A stretch of 64,000 bases of DNA, taken from Candidatus Bathyarchaeota archaeon (lineage in GTDB: Archaea; Thermoproteota; Bathyarchaeia; Bathyarchaeales; Bathycorpusculaceae). Under the pieces are notes generated by a model. It ran no database searches, was not told the origin of the DNA, and saw only the letters and a program-made list of their open reading frames with translations. The stretch covers positions 64,001-128,000 of the forward strand of contig CAVYRJ010000008.1 of NCBI GenBank assembly GCA_963770935.1. Direction: 5' to 3'. Shown piece after piece: positions 9,644 to 19,947 of this stretch. A program made the translations under genes and the position numbers. Numbering within the stretch: position 1 is the first letter of the stretch; each line of letters opens with the position of its first letter.

Positions 9644-9899
9644 TTGTTCCTGAACAAGGTTGTATTGCAGCATTGGCAGGCCTTGTATTGAATTGTTTTT
9701 TATTTTTGAGTTGTGCCTCTGCAGGCTCCGTATAAAAGGGTACGTTGGTCCTGAAAGGGATAGATCTCTGGTTGTAGAAGGGTGTTTTTGTGTGCACTAT
9801 TTCTCTGGGCGATTGTGTTAGGGGATTTTGTTTTTGTTTGGGTTGTGGCTTTGAGTCTGTCATGTTGTAGATGAGGTTTTGGAAACGTTTTTCCAACAT
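9603..9899 (-). CDS. hypothetical low-complexity protein
   Basis: Open frame only. It is Pro/Gln/Lys-rich and its 3' end overlaps the neighbouring gene. Confidence 0.3.
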   Translation of the reverse strand: MLEKRFQNLIYNMTDSKPQPKQKQNPLTQSPREIVHTKTPFYNQRSIPFRTNVPFYTEPAEAQLKNKKQFNTRPANAAIQPCSGTIIQLNNNQVFFER

Positions 9900-10031
9900 G
9901 GTTGTAGCATGCGCACTATGGTTATGCTTGTGGAACCCAAAAGATTTTCCGGTTCATCGTATAAGAAAAACAAACAACTCGTGCGCAAAAATGAAAAATT
10001 AGTTTTGTTATGAAAACTTTTTTCAATTTTC

Positions 10032-10250
10032 CTAAAGATGAGAAATATTGTTTAAAAGACCTTTCTGTTTTCTATGCTCGCTACTTTTTCTTAAAAGAGC
10101 TAACGCTTCAGCGTTAGTAATTCCAAAAGGAAGAAAATCCTTATGAAAGCGTTCAAAATGTAATCGCACCGCTACTATAGCGGATTTCTCATCAATAAAA
10201 GCATCAAAAATATAACCGCAGGGGCATTTTCCTCTTAGTCTCTTTTTCAA
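10032..10250 (-). CDS. small putative zinc-binding protein (CxC...HxxxxH)
   Basis: CPCG...HFERFH. Confidence 0.55.
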   Translation of the reverse strand: MKKRLRGKCPCGYIFDAFIDEKSAIVAVRLHFERFHKDFLPFGITNAEALALLRKSSEHRKQKGLLNNISHL

Positions 10251-10653
10251 ATATGGTCACTTATTTGTGTTCTTCAATCGATAAATATAGTTGTATAATT
10301 AGAATATTAACTTCAGTGACTGGAACAGCACAGTCACAACTTGAGATCTTAAAAGATATTTATGGAGGTTTCACTTATTTTGTGCAAATCTTCTCTTGAC
10401 CTTGCCGAAATTAGGATAAACGGAAAACCCTCTCAGGTAACTAAAAGGGTATTCAACGTTCTTTATCCAAAAAAATTGTCCTTTCAGGAGACGCAAAACA
10501 CATAAAAAGGTCGGAAAGGTAAGCGTTTAAATAAGCAAAACAAGAATTTAGAGCCTTAGCAGAAAAAGCCGTAAATTTATCTCAATAGTTAAAACAGAAA
10601 GGCGGTTTTATCTTGAGAAATCTGCAGCTTTTCTCAATTGCAAATAAGGGAAT

Positions 10654-11829
10654 TTGTTTAAGATGACCCAGAAAATAGTTTTCAATAAAGGTTCAAAACG
10701 TATCGGGTATTTGAGCTCTTTTCCACCGAGAGAATGCGGGATAGCAAACTTCACAAAAGACCTAATTGACGCCATAGATGATTTAGATGGACCTAAGCCA
10801 TCAATAATCGCCATAAACGAAAAAGGGGCGATTTACGACTACGACAGGCGAGTCAAATGGGACATTGACCGAGACAACGCTGAAGACTACGTTCATGCAG
10901 CCAAATACGTTAACTCGTCAAATATTCAGCTATTAGTTATCCAACATGAGTTCGGACTCTATGGGGGCGATTATGGTGAACATATTAAATTCTTCTTAGA
11001 AAATGTCAAAAAACCCGTAATTGTTACTCTTCACACGGTGCAACCTAATTTTGACCAAAAAGCGATAGAAGTCCTAAAATACATTGTTAGAAGAAGCGAA
11101 TCAATTATCGTAATCGCCCATGCAGCAATCGATATGCTTAAGCACCAAGGAATATCCTACAAGAAATGTGTTGTTATTCCACATGGATGCCCAAGCGTTG
11201 ATTTCACGAAGGGCAAAACAATGAAATCACTATTGGGTCTAGAGGGGCGTCTGGTTGCCTCAACCTTCGGGCTAATAAGCAGAGGCAAAGGAATCGAATA
11301 TGCTATTCAAGCGCTTCCCGAAGTTATTAAGAAAGAACCGCGAATAATTTACCTGATCATTGGGGAAACACACCCTGAAGTCAGAAAAAATGAGGGAGAA
11401 AAATACCGAAATGAACTAATGAGTCTTGTTAGTGAACTTGGATTGGAAGAGCATGTTAGATTCACAAACAGATTCATTTCCAAACGTGAGCTAATCAAGC
11501 TTCTTCAAGCAACCGACATTTACCTAACACCCTATATTTCCCCAAACCAAATCAGCAGTGGTACCCTTATCTATGCCCTTGGGGCTGGAAAAGCTGTGAT
11601 ATCTACCCCTTACTACCACGCGAAAGAAGTCCTGGCAAACGGTAGAGGTATACTATGCAAATTTGAGGACTCGTCTTCAATTGCTGAAGGCATAATTAGA
11701 CTCTTAGACGAAAACTTCCGGAGCGAGATGCAAAAGAGAGCTTACCAGTATAGCAGGCGTTTTCTATGGACAAACGTTGCCCAAGAATACATGAAACTCG
11801 TTGAAGCAGTTAATAGTAATAATGAGTGA
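10654..11829 (+). CDS. glycosyltransferase family 4
   Basis: FPPRECGIANF, QHEFGLYGG, FGLISRGKGIE, QISSGTL, AVISTPY. Confidence 0.92.
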   Translation: MFKMTQKIVFNKGSKRIGYLSSFPPRECGIANFTKDLIDAIDDLDGPKPSIIAINEKGAIYDYDRRVKWDIDRDNAEDYVHAAKYVNSSNIQLLVIQHEFGLYGGDYGEHIKFFLENVKKPVIVTLHTVQPNFDQKAIEVLKYIVRRSESIIVIAHAAIDMLKHQGISYKKCVVIPHGCPSVDFTKGKTMKSLLGLEGRLVASTFGLISRGKGIEYAIQALPEVIKKEPRIIYLIIGETHPEVRKNEGEKYRNELMSLVSELGLEEHVRFTNRFISKRELIKLLQATDIYLTPYISPNQISSGTLIYALGAGKAVISTPYYHAKEVLANGRGILCKFEDSSSIAEGIIRLLDENFRSEMQKRAYQYSRRFLWTNVAQEYMKLVEAVNSNNE

Positions 11830-11835
11830 GAAGCA

Positions 11836-12870
11836 TTGAAAGATTTTTCAATAAAATTGGATTTTGTTAGAGCTCTGACGGACGATGTCGGAATTTTCCA
11901 GCATTCCAAATATGCAACACCGAATAAGAAAGAAGGATACACAACAGATGACAATGCAAGAGCTCTGATTGCATGTACAAATTACTTTATGTTATTTAAT
12001 GATACAAGCGTTAAGAAACTTGTTGATACTTACCTGAGCTTATTGTTCTATATGCAGAGATCTGACGGCAAAATGCACAACTTCCTTGGCTATGACCGCA
12101 AACTCTTGGATGAAATAGGTTCTGAGGATTGCATGGGCCGAACACTCTGGGCAACTGGTTACTGCTTGAACTCAAGCTTGCCAGAAGAAACAAAACTGGT
12201 TTCTAAAGAAATTTTTGACAAAATCTTTGCATGGACCCCAAGTTTTACATCCCCGCGAGCAAAAGCTTATGCAATTATAGGATTGTTTTATTACCAGAAG
12301 GCTCACCCAAAGGATCAAAATGTTAAATTAAACATTAGAGAACTCGCGGATCAGTTGACTAGGCAATTTGAATCGGAATCTTCCGACGAATGGGATTGGT
12401 TTGAATCATATCTAACCTACTCGAATGCAAGATTACCTCATTCACTTTTTTTAGCCTACGAGTCCACAGGAGAAAAAATTTATCTAAACGTAGCGTCCAA
12501 ATCTATGAAATTTCTAATAAACATCCAAACAATAAACGAAATATTTGTTCCTATAGGGAATCTTGGGTGGTATAGAAAAGGATCTAACCGAGCAATCTAC
12601 GACCAACAAACGATAGAAGCGTCTTGCACGACAGAAGCTGCAATTGCTGCATTTAGAAACACCCAAGAAGAAGTCTATAGAAAAGCAGCCTATGATGCCT
12701 TTGGATGGTTCTTTGGGAGGAATCTGAAAGGCGTGATGTTGTATGATCCAAAAAATGGGAGCTGTTGTGACGGCATAACGCCTCATGGATTAAATCTAAA
12801 TAAAGGAGCTGAGTCGACTCTTGCTTACCTCCAAGCTCGACTAAACATTGAAGAGGTAAAGACGTTATAG
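11836..12870 (+). CDS. six-hairpin (alpha/alpha)6 glycosidase-like partner of the GT4
   Basis: LTDDVGIFQH, GYTTDDNARAL, WFESYLTYSNARLP, YDQQTIE, NKGAESTL. This domain is often fused to this GT4 type. Confidence 0.8.
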   Translation: MKDFSIKLDFVRALTDDVGIFQHSKYATPNKKEGYTTDDNARALIACTNYFMLFNDTSVKKLVDTYLSLLFYMQRSDGKMHNFLGYDRKLLDEIGSEDCMGRTLWATGYCLNSSLPEETKLVSKEIFDKIFAWTPSFTSPRAKAYAIIGLFYYQKAHPKDQNVKLNIRELADQLTRQFESESSDEWDWFESYLTYSNARLPHSLFLAYESTGEKIYLNVASKSMKFLINIQTINEIFVPIGNLGWYRKGSNRAIYDQQTIEASCTTEAAIAAFRNTQEEVYRKAAYDAFGWFFGRNLKGVMLYDPKNGSCCDGITPHGLNLNKGAESTLAYLQARLNIEEVKTL

Positions 12871-12989
12871 TTTTTTAAAGAAAATATAAAAAAACCGAAT
12901 AATGTGTAGTTGAATATTCTAATAGTTGATGCATAATTCACATCATTTATTAATTCGGAAACTTGCATTGAAATTGGAGATCAGGTTGT

Positions 12990-13364
12990 ATGATGACTCG
13001 TGATCTAATGCTAAAAGACGTAGTTACTCTAAACGGAAACGTATCCGTAAAGGAGACGGTTGATCTTCTTTTCAAAAGACATATTGGATCGGTAGTAGTT
13101 GTCGATGCTGAGCAGCGATGCGTAGGAATATTTACTGAGAGAGATGCTATAAGAATTATAGCACAGGATGTTCCTTTAAGTGCGCCGTTAGAGAAAGTCA
13201 TGACTAAGAACCCATTTACTGTTAATGAAGATTCAACTTTTGAAGAAGCAAAGAACATTATTGTCACTCATAAGATTCGGCATCTACCTGTGATAAATAC
13301 TGATGGAAAACTAGTAGGACTAATATCTGTCAGAAAAATATTAGATGCGCTAAGCGGACTATAA
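12990..13364 (+). CDS. CBS domain pair protein
   Basis: IGSVVVVD...GIFTERD and IRHLPV...LVGLIS. Confidence 0.92.
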   Translation: MMTRDLMLKDVVTLNGNVSVKETVDLLFKRHIGSVVVVDAEQRCVGIFTERDAIRIIAQDVPLSAPLEKVMTKNPFTVNEDSTFEEAKNIIVTHKIRHLPVINTDGKLVGLISVRKILDALSGL

Positions 13365-13396
13365 CTTTCAAAAAAGCCTAGGGAGAGAAAACAGCA

Positions 13397-14290
13397 ATGA
13401 ACAGGTACTCGCACAATCCTATACTTGAGCCGATAGGCACACATTCATGGGAATCAAGTTTGGTCTTCAATGCAGCAGCTTTTGCCGCTAACAATCGAGT
13501 CCACATTCTCTACAGAGCCATGGGAAATGATAATGTTTCACGCATAGGATTGGCATCTTCATCTGACGGCTACAATATAGATGAACGGTTACCTCTCCCA
13601 GTTTTTAGTCCCTCGGGCGAAATGGAAAGTCAAGGTTGCGAAGACCCAAGATTAAGTCTATTTGGCAACTCGCTAGTAATGGCATATACAGCATTTGGAA
13701 TACATGCTCAACATCAAGTTTACCAAATTGCATTAACTTCTATAGGTTTAGATGATTTTTTGGCTCGAAAATGGAATTGGGGCGAAAGGATCTTGGCTTT
13801 TCCAGGAATCCACAACAAGGATGCTGTGCTTTTTCCACAGAGGTTCAATGGTGACTATGTAATGTTTCATAGATTGGAACCTGACCTTTGCATTGCACGC
13901 TCTAATGATTTGCGACGTTGGTATGACCTAAAATACGTTTTAGGGCCACGTGAAAAAGGCTGGGATTCATGGAAGGTAGGTGCTGCTGGACCGCCTATTT
14001 TGGTAAATGAAGGCTGGCTTCTGATCTATCATGGAGTGAGCATCGACAAAGTCTACTCTTTAGGCGCTGTATTGCTGGATAAAAATAACCCTGAACAAGT
14101 CCTTTACCGCTCTGAAGAGCCATTTCTAAAACCGGAGGAAGATTATGAACGTTATGGAAAAGTTCCTAACGTAGTTTTCAGCTGTGGCCAAGTTATGATG
14201 GATGGGCGGCTCCTAATTTACTATGGTGGCGCAGACAGCGCTTTATGTGTAGCGACTGCTGAACTTGCTGAACTTTTGCCAAAAAAATAA
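13397..14290 (+). CDS. glycoside hydrolase family 130 (beta-mannoside phosphorylase/hydrolase)
   Basis: NPIL, VFNAAA, LYRA, GCEDPR, NKDAVLFP, WLLIYHG, PNVVF, YYGGAD. Confidence 0.92.
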   Translation: MNRYSHNPILEPIGTHSWESSLVFNAAAFAANNRVHILYRAMGNDNVSRIGLASSSDGYNIDERLPLPVFSPSGEMESQGCEDPRLSLFGNSLVMAYTAFGIHAQHQVYQIALTSIGLDDFLARKWNWGERILAFPGIHNKDAVLFPQRFNGDYVMFHRLEPDLCIARSNDLRRWYDLKYVLGPREKGWDSWKVGAAGPPILVNEGWLLIYHGVSIDKVYSLGAVLLDKNNPEQVLYRSEEPFLKPEEDYERYGKVPNVVFSCGQVMMDGRLLIYYGGADSALCVATAELAELLPKK

Positions 14291-14303
14291 TTCGTTTTGA
14301 CTT

Positions 14304-14825
14304 TTACAGTGAAGCCAAGAGCTTTATGGTTGCTCGACAAAAATCTGGTAAGTCATCCGGAGAACGAGAAGTCACAATTTTACCATCAACCACCGAGGCT
14401 TCATCGACGACATTTGCGCCTGCATTTCTAAGATCCGTTCTAACAGAAGGCCAACTTGTAACTGTCTTTCCTCGAACAATATCCGCCTCAATAAGCATTT
14501 GTGGTCCATGACAAACTGCAGCTATAACTTTTCCCTTTCTATTTGCTGCTTTAACCAATTCTACCATATCTGGTTGAATGCGCATGCGATCGGGGGCTTG
14601 ACCGCCAGGAATAATCACTGCATCGTAATCATCCAAATCAACCTCATTAGGCGAAACCTCCGACATAAATGTCCCGCCACGTTTGCCAATGTACTCCCTT
14701 TTAGCTTTAGGCGCAACGATATCTATTTTGTAGCCTTCTTCTTGAAATCGATAATAGGGGTAAATGAATTCAGAATCCTCAACGCCATTTTCCAGCAAAA
14801 TCAAAATTTTTTTCATTTTATTCAC
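14304..14825 (-). CDS. PfpI/DJ-1-family protease/deglycase
   Basis: GVEDSE, IPGG, AVCHGP nucleophile elbow, TSRSPDDL. Confidence 0.93.
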   Translation of the reverse strand: MNKMKKILILLENGVEDSEFIYPYYRFQEEGYKIDIVAPKAKREYIGKRGGTFMSEVSPNEVDLDDYDAVIIPGGQAPDRMRIQPDMVELVKAANRKGKVIAAVCHGPQMLIEADIVRGKTVTSWPSVRTDLRNAGANVVDEASVVDGKIVTSRSPDDLPDFCRATIKLLASL

Positions 14826-15092
14826 CAGAACAAAAAAAGTTGCAGATTCGATGATATAAGGAGTTGCTGGTTCCGATTCGTGTCACAATCAAACATTATC
14901 TCGACTCTGTTTGATGCTATAATGGGGCACCAAAGATAAGAAAAATAGCTAAATGTTAAATTCAAATGTAAATTCAATCATTCATCCGCTATTTCTCTTG
15001 TCAAAATTCGCTTTTGTTGCCCCTTAGATTTGTGATTGATTCGCTACAATAACAAGGGGTTATATTATCGCTGATTAGATTAAATTTAGAGT

Positions 15093-15392
15093 GTGCTGAC
15101 TTTGTTTGTCCTACAAGTTTTTAACCCTACTGACATAGGTTTCTGGTGGTTGCTGCTAGTTTTACTAATAATTGGTTTGATAGCTATTGTAGTCATCGGC
15201 TTTCTGTTTGCCTTCCCAATTGCAGCTCTAGCTGCTATTGCAGTGTACTTCTTAACAGGCAGCCTACTGTGGGCTGGTATTACCTTTTTAGTAGTTGCTC
15301 TAATTTCTGCTGTTGTAGGAGACCTACTGCATATGAGCCGCCGCCATCGACATCGTCGCATAGATGAACATGTAGAAGAACACCATGATTGA
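15093..15392 (+). CDS. small membrane protein with His-rich C-terminus
   Basis: Three hydrophobic segments and the tail HMSRRHRHRRIDEHVEEHHD. Confidence 0.65.
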   Translation: MLTLFVLQVFNPTDIGFWWLLLVLLIIGLIAIVVIGFLFAFPIAALAAIAVYFLTGSLLWAGITFLVVALISAVVGDLLHMSRRHRHRRIDEHVEEHHD

Positions 15393-15423
15393 CATCGATG
15401 GACTTGAAATGGAGAATATGTAA

Positions 15424-15819
15424 ATGGCAAAATCAGTTATGGTTTTAGCGGCAATCTTAATTATAATTATAGCCGTCGCTATCCATGCAGCAATAACCTA
15501 TCCCCGAACGACAGCGACTATTCCAGTTTCCTTCACAATAGGAGCAGACTCAAAGACAATAGCGTTTGATCAGCCATTTCTAGACGACAAAGCACAAGTA
15601 CAAGTGTTAGTTCAAAATGGCGCTGCTTTGTGGCGAGCCCAAATCCTAAGCGGCGACCAAATCATATGGGAACATTCAGCAGCACAAGGTGAGCAACAAA
15701 GCTATAGCAGCGGATGGATCCAATTATCAAGCGGGAACTACAATTTTACATTCGGAACAATTGGTATAGGGGCGCTTGAAGCAACGGCTACTGTTATGTC
15801 TAAAGGCGGTTTCTGGTAA
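15424..15819 (+). CDS. membrane-anchored or secreted hypothetical protein
   Basis: N-terminal signal/anchor followed by a beta-rich domain. Confidence 0.65.
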   Translation: MAKSVMVLAAILIIIIAVAIHAAITYPRTTATIPVSFTIGADSKTIAFDQPFLDDKAQVQVLVQNGAALWRAQILSGDQIIWEHSAAQGEQQSYSSGWIQLSSGNYNFTFGTIGIGALEATATVMSKGGFW

Positions 15820-15854
15820 TAAGCAACTGTTTTTCTTGGGAGGTGAATTGAGGC

Positions 15855-16166
15855 ATGTCTGGAACTTCTGTTTCAACTATAGCGTACTATTTAGCTCTCA
15901 TCGGCGGAATCCTAATGGTTCTTTTTGGATTGGTAGGATTGCTTGTAGATTTTGGCGGTTTCTTCTTCAACTGGGGTTTTGCATACGGCGGCATCGTAAC
16001 TTTAGTTATGGGAATAATTGCCATTATTGGAGCAAGAAGTGCAAGCACTCTTGTCTGGGCCATTGTATTGATAGTCGTTGGACTTGTCGGCGGCGGGTTA
16101 GGCGGGTTGCTTGTGCTTTTGGGCGGAGTATTTGGTCTAATTACTGCACTATCAAAAAAAGCATAA
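15855..16166 (+). CDS. small Gly-rich membrane protein
   Basis: GGAGGTGA RBS and four short hydrophobic helices. Confidence 0.7.
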   Translation: MSGTSVSTIAYYLALIGGILMVLFGLVGLLVDFGGFFFNWGFAYGGIVTLVMGIIAIIGARSASTLVWAIVLIVVGLVGGGLGGLLVLLGGVFGLITALSKKA

Positions 16167-16369
16167 TTTACCCATCCGCATCAATTTTTCTTCACATTTT
16201 TATTATTCTTGAATTTTAAAATATGAACATTATATCATGGAAAAAATTTTTGAAAAAACATAAGGTAGCATTTAGCTAAAAAATAAGATTACAAAGAGTT
16301 GTGGTTGCAGCGCCACAGTAACATATATTGAAAGACTTGTTTTCCAATCATTTAATTGGTGAGTTTTAC

Positions 16370-16596
16370 ATGGAAAATGAACTTAAGCAAGAGCGAAACT
16401 TGAGTAACAACAACTACAATTTAATGTACCAACTCCTAGAGGAAAACCAGAGTCTTTGAGAATAAAAAACAACTACAAAAATGACGCCAAGGGAGATTCT
16501 GAAGCAAAACAGTTCTAGGAATTTTTAGAAAAGGACAAAGAAGACCACATAAGAAACCTAACAGCACTATTAGCAAATCGAATTACTTCCACCTAA
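16370..16596 (+). pseudogene. disrupted small ferritin-like two-helix protein
   Basis: Reconstructed: MENELKQERNLSNNNYNLMYQLLEENQSL/RIKNNYKNDAKGDSEAKQF*EFLEKDKEDHIRNLTALLANRITST. One frameshift and one TAG; EE...EDH metal-ligand pattern. Confidence 0.55.
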
Positions 16597-16624
16597 TTGA
16601 ACTAAATGAATTTGGATGATTTGA

Positions 16625-16782
16625 ATGCCTGTACCTAAACCTGAATTCAATGAATCAGAACGGGAATATATATCTCGCTGCGAAAAATTCATGCACGAAG
16701 AAAATAAAAGTAACCAGAGAATGAAAAGCGATCAGACGAACAGATTAGCGCGATTTGTTATTCGACTTGGCGCAGAAAATAG
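16625..16782 (+). pseudogene. frameshifted small protein of the MPxPKP...ISRC...AICYSxW type
   Basis: MPVPKPEFNESEREYISRCEKFMHEENKS/PENEKRSDEQISAICYSTWRRK*, with one shift near 16711. Confidence 0.55.
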
Positions 16783-16829
16783 ATTTAAATTCCCCTAACA
16801 AGATACCGAGTTTTATCTTATAGGTTGAC

Positions 16830-17463
16830 TAATAATCTATGATTGTCAAGCGTGTTCTTATGTTAAGACATACAATCTCATCTACTTCGGGCAGGAGCAA
16901 CTTGATAGCGCCTAAAGAAGCCGTAGGCTCAGCAACGATTATTTTTTAGGCTTTTTTTCCCTCACAGATCTTGCGGCAGCCAACATTGTAAATCCTGAAG
17001 CCAACCCATCGTCAACAAGTATGACAACCTTGTCGGCAAGATCAGGCATAGGTTTATCTCCTCTGAACTTACGAAGCCTCGCCTGAAGGTTTTCCTTGGT
17101 ATTCAAAATTGACGTCTTAATCTCATCTTCTGTTAGCTCTAACTGCGTAACCAAATCATCGTTTAGGACAATTTTTCCATCCCACGTTATTGCGCCAAAG
17201 CCAGCTTCAGTGTTCCACGGAATTTGAATCTTCCTAACTACCAACACATCCATCGAGACAGCGAGTTCCTTCGCTGCCGAATATCCCACTGGAACTCCGC
17301 CGGCAGGTACAGCCAAGATAACTACATTTTTATCACCAGCGTAATCTCTGAGTTTGTCCGCCAAAAGCTTTCCAGCCTCAAACCTATCTCTAAAAACAAA
17401 AACCCGATCTCTAAAAGTTATATCTTCAATAACTTTCGCAGTCATAACTCCCAGACCCAACAA
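16830..17463 (-). pseudogene. type I phosphoribosyltransferase, frameshifted and truncated
   Basis: FRDRFEAG, PAGGVPV and VILVDDGLASG. The frame breaks near 16940, the continuation IVAEPTASLGAIKLLLPEVDEIVCL is in another frame, and the end is missing. Left boundary approximate. Confidence 0.8.
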
Positions 17464-17646
17464 GTGATAATCTATTAAGGTCTTAAAAAACAGGTTCCGT
17501 TTTTACTCACCTAAGAATCGATTCATTACCCCCCTAGATAATTAGCAATTTGTTGGAGTAGCCAGACAACAACAAACACCATACAAAAGGTGGTAAGTTG
17601 TTTACAAATCGTCTTCAAAGGGCTAAACATAATGCTCAAAGTTCAT

Positions 17647-17931
17647 TTAACATTCTAAGGTAATCTTTTTGGTCGTTTTATTATTAAAAAGTTTTTTCAC
17701 ATGTTCCTCCCGTTTATTCCCAGCTGTTTTGCTTCTACTAACGGCTTTGTTGAGTATTGTTTCTTCGTTGATAGCTTTCTCCATTAGGCTTCTCACTGCT
17801 TGGTTCATATTGCCGTTGAAGTAGGGTTTAACGATTTTGAGACAGAATTCTTTCAACATCTTAGCTGAGAAGTTGTGGAATGTTAGAGATACAAGTAAGT
17901 CTGCTTCGGTTGCTATTTCATTTTGTGTCAT
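17647..17931 (-). CDS. hypothetical protein, RHH/CopG-like
   Basis: VSLTFHNFSAKMLKEF...MNQAVRSLMEKA strand-helix-helix pattern. Confidence 0.55.
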   Translation of the reverse strand: MTQNEIATEADLLVSLTFHNFSAKMLKEFCLKIVKPYFNGNMNQAVRSLMEKAINEETILNKAVSRSKTAGNKREEHVKKLFNNKTTKKITLEC

Positions 17932-17951
17932 GTTTGTTCACAGAACCAACG

Positions 17952-19633
17952 TTATTTTGGATATTGCTTAAAAGACGGACGTCCATGCAACATTGCAGGT
18001 TCTGGAGAGGTCTGTGAAAGTGATCGTTTTTGAAATCCATGAGATTCAACATAGTACAATTTGCGACCTACTTTTACAAGATAGCCAGAATTGAGCAACA
18101 AACGCAACCCGGGTGTTTTGCTACAATAAAATGGTCGCGATTCGGTCAAAACCTTAGTTGCAAAGGTTACTTGTGAGCGGGTAATAAACAAAATTAGGTT
18201 GAGAGAGCAAAGATTTAGGCTGTTGGTTGAAATCCCATTGGCCAATTTGGCGGTGTCTTGTTTAGGTCCTGCTTCTTTTTGGTGGATGGCTGCGACTGTT
18301 GCGTTAACGTTTTTTTCCTCAACTACAAGGATAATCTGTGACGTGTGGGGTGCAAAGATACCGCGTTTTATGTTTATGCCTGATATGGCGCTGATGGCTA
18401 TCGATGCTACGCCCGGAGAATTCTTCATGCGGTCGCCGATCAATGTGACGACGCCTAAACCGTAATCGATCTTGAGGTGTTCATCGAAGCCTTTGAGTTT
18501 TTCCTCGTTTTTCTTAAGGAAATCTGAGTCTAAAAACAGAAAGTCGCGGATGCGCTCGCCTGTTTCCATGGTTTCAGCTCCCAAATCCATGAAGTCGTTT
18601 CGTCGTTCCCATATGCGCAGGGAGTCTTCCAGTGAGCGACTTTTTTCGTCATTCATTGAAAGAATTGCGCAACCTGATTTTCCGGTCAGACACTTGACGA
18701 CTTCGCCGCCTTTTGTTTCAGCCTCAATTATCGAGTACATCTTGGGCTCATCGATAGGCACCACCATCAAGGGTTGTCCAAACTGTCTTGCCATTGCGAT
18801 TGCTGGGCTCTGCACGATTTTCATACCCATCATTGACGCTTTATGGGCTTCATTGTAAGTTAATGCGTTGACGTGTTCGGTTTTCTGTCCCTTTACAACT
18901 TTGGGGTCGGCACTCTGCACTGGTACGTCCTTGTAGAGGAGGGTTTTTGTTTGGTACACGTCTTTTAGGAGGCAAGATGCGAAAACAGCCGTTAAGTCTG
19001 AGCCGCCTCTGCCAAGTATGGTTTCTAGACCGTCTGCTGTGGCACCTAAGAAGCCTGCCAAAGAAACAACCTTGCCCTCTTCGAGGGGTTCAATTAGGGT
19101 ATGGAGTCTTTTTTTGCTTGACTCGAAGTTAGGTAATGCATCTTCAAAGTTATCGTCTGTGACGATTGGCCAGTCTTCCATAGAGAGACTAGCACGACTC
19201 TATTCCATTGCTTTTTAGGATGTAATCCGTCAGCATTGACATGGCAAGTTCACCGCCCAACGTGAGGGTTCGCGCTTTGATGTTGCCGCTGAAACGCTTA
19301 TTAACGGCGTCAAGAGTGGTCTGGGTTAACACCTGTAATTAGCCAACTCTCCTTGGGCTTGTTTTAGATATTTGCCCTTAACGTAGAGCTTGGCAAGTTC
19401 GTAGACTTCAAAAACAGGCTCCAGAGGCAACTGAACATGCCTGCGCGTAGGATTCACCTATTCTGATGAGGGCATCAGTGCAGCCCATAGGTGCAGAAAA
19501 CACTGCTACAGGTCCACACCCGTCTTTTTCCCTAATTTGCTTTATCTGCTTAACTATTTTGGGGATTCCTTTGCCTTCCACATCAAGGAGGCTGCCGCCG
19601 AATTTAGCTACTGAAACAGTCTTAAAAGCTCAT
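17952..19633 (-). pseudogene. lysC: aspartate kinase, multiply frameshifted
   Basis: N-terminal VAKFGGSLL and AVFSAPMGCTDAL near 19.5-19.6 kb. The 17952-19181 ORF holds LAGFLG, LGRGGSDLTA, SADPKVV and an ACT domain. Its last ~100 codons look like read-through after another shift. Confidence 0.85.
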
Positions 19634-19947
19634 TCCACCTATTACGAAGAAAGAATAAATTTTTTATTGCTGGTTATTCTGGTTTGCGAATTTACGAAGA
19701 CCTTTATTATTTCCAAGTTATTCTCTCCATATTTTACTGTAGCTTTTAGCTTTCAAATAATTAATAACTTTCCCTTTTGAATCTGTAAGGTTTTTTCGCT
19801 TAGAAGTGTTTTCCAACAATATTGAATGAGAGTTCATAACTCTTTTCGAGTTTTATACTCGTTCATTATCCAATCTTTCCAAGTTTGAGTCGGTTATCTT
19901 GAATCTCGGCGATCACAAATCATTAGTACTAGAGGGCGAATAGGGAA

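Noticed and set aside
16516-16518. In-frame TAG as possible pyrrolysine or stop-codon recoding
   Set aside because: The same gene also has a frameshift, other genes here use TAG as a normal stop, and no pyl genes are in the window.
17952-18250. Apparent C-terminal extension of aspartate kinase
   Set aside because: Composition looks non-coding; it is best explained as read-through after a frameshift at the end of the ACT domain.
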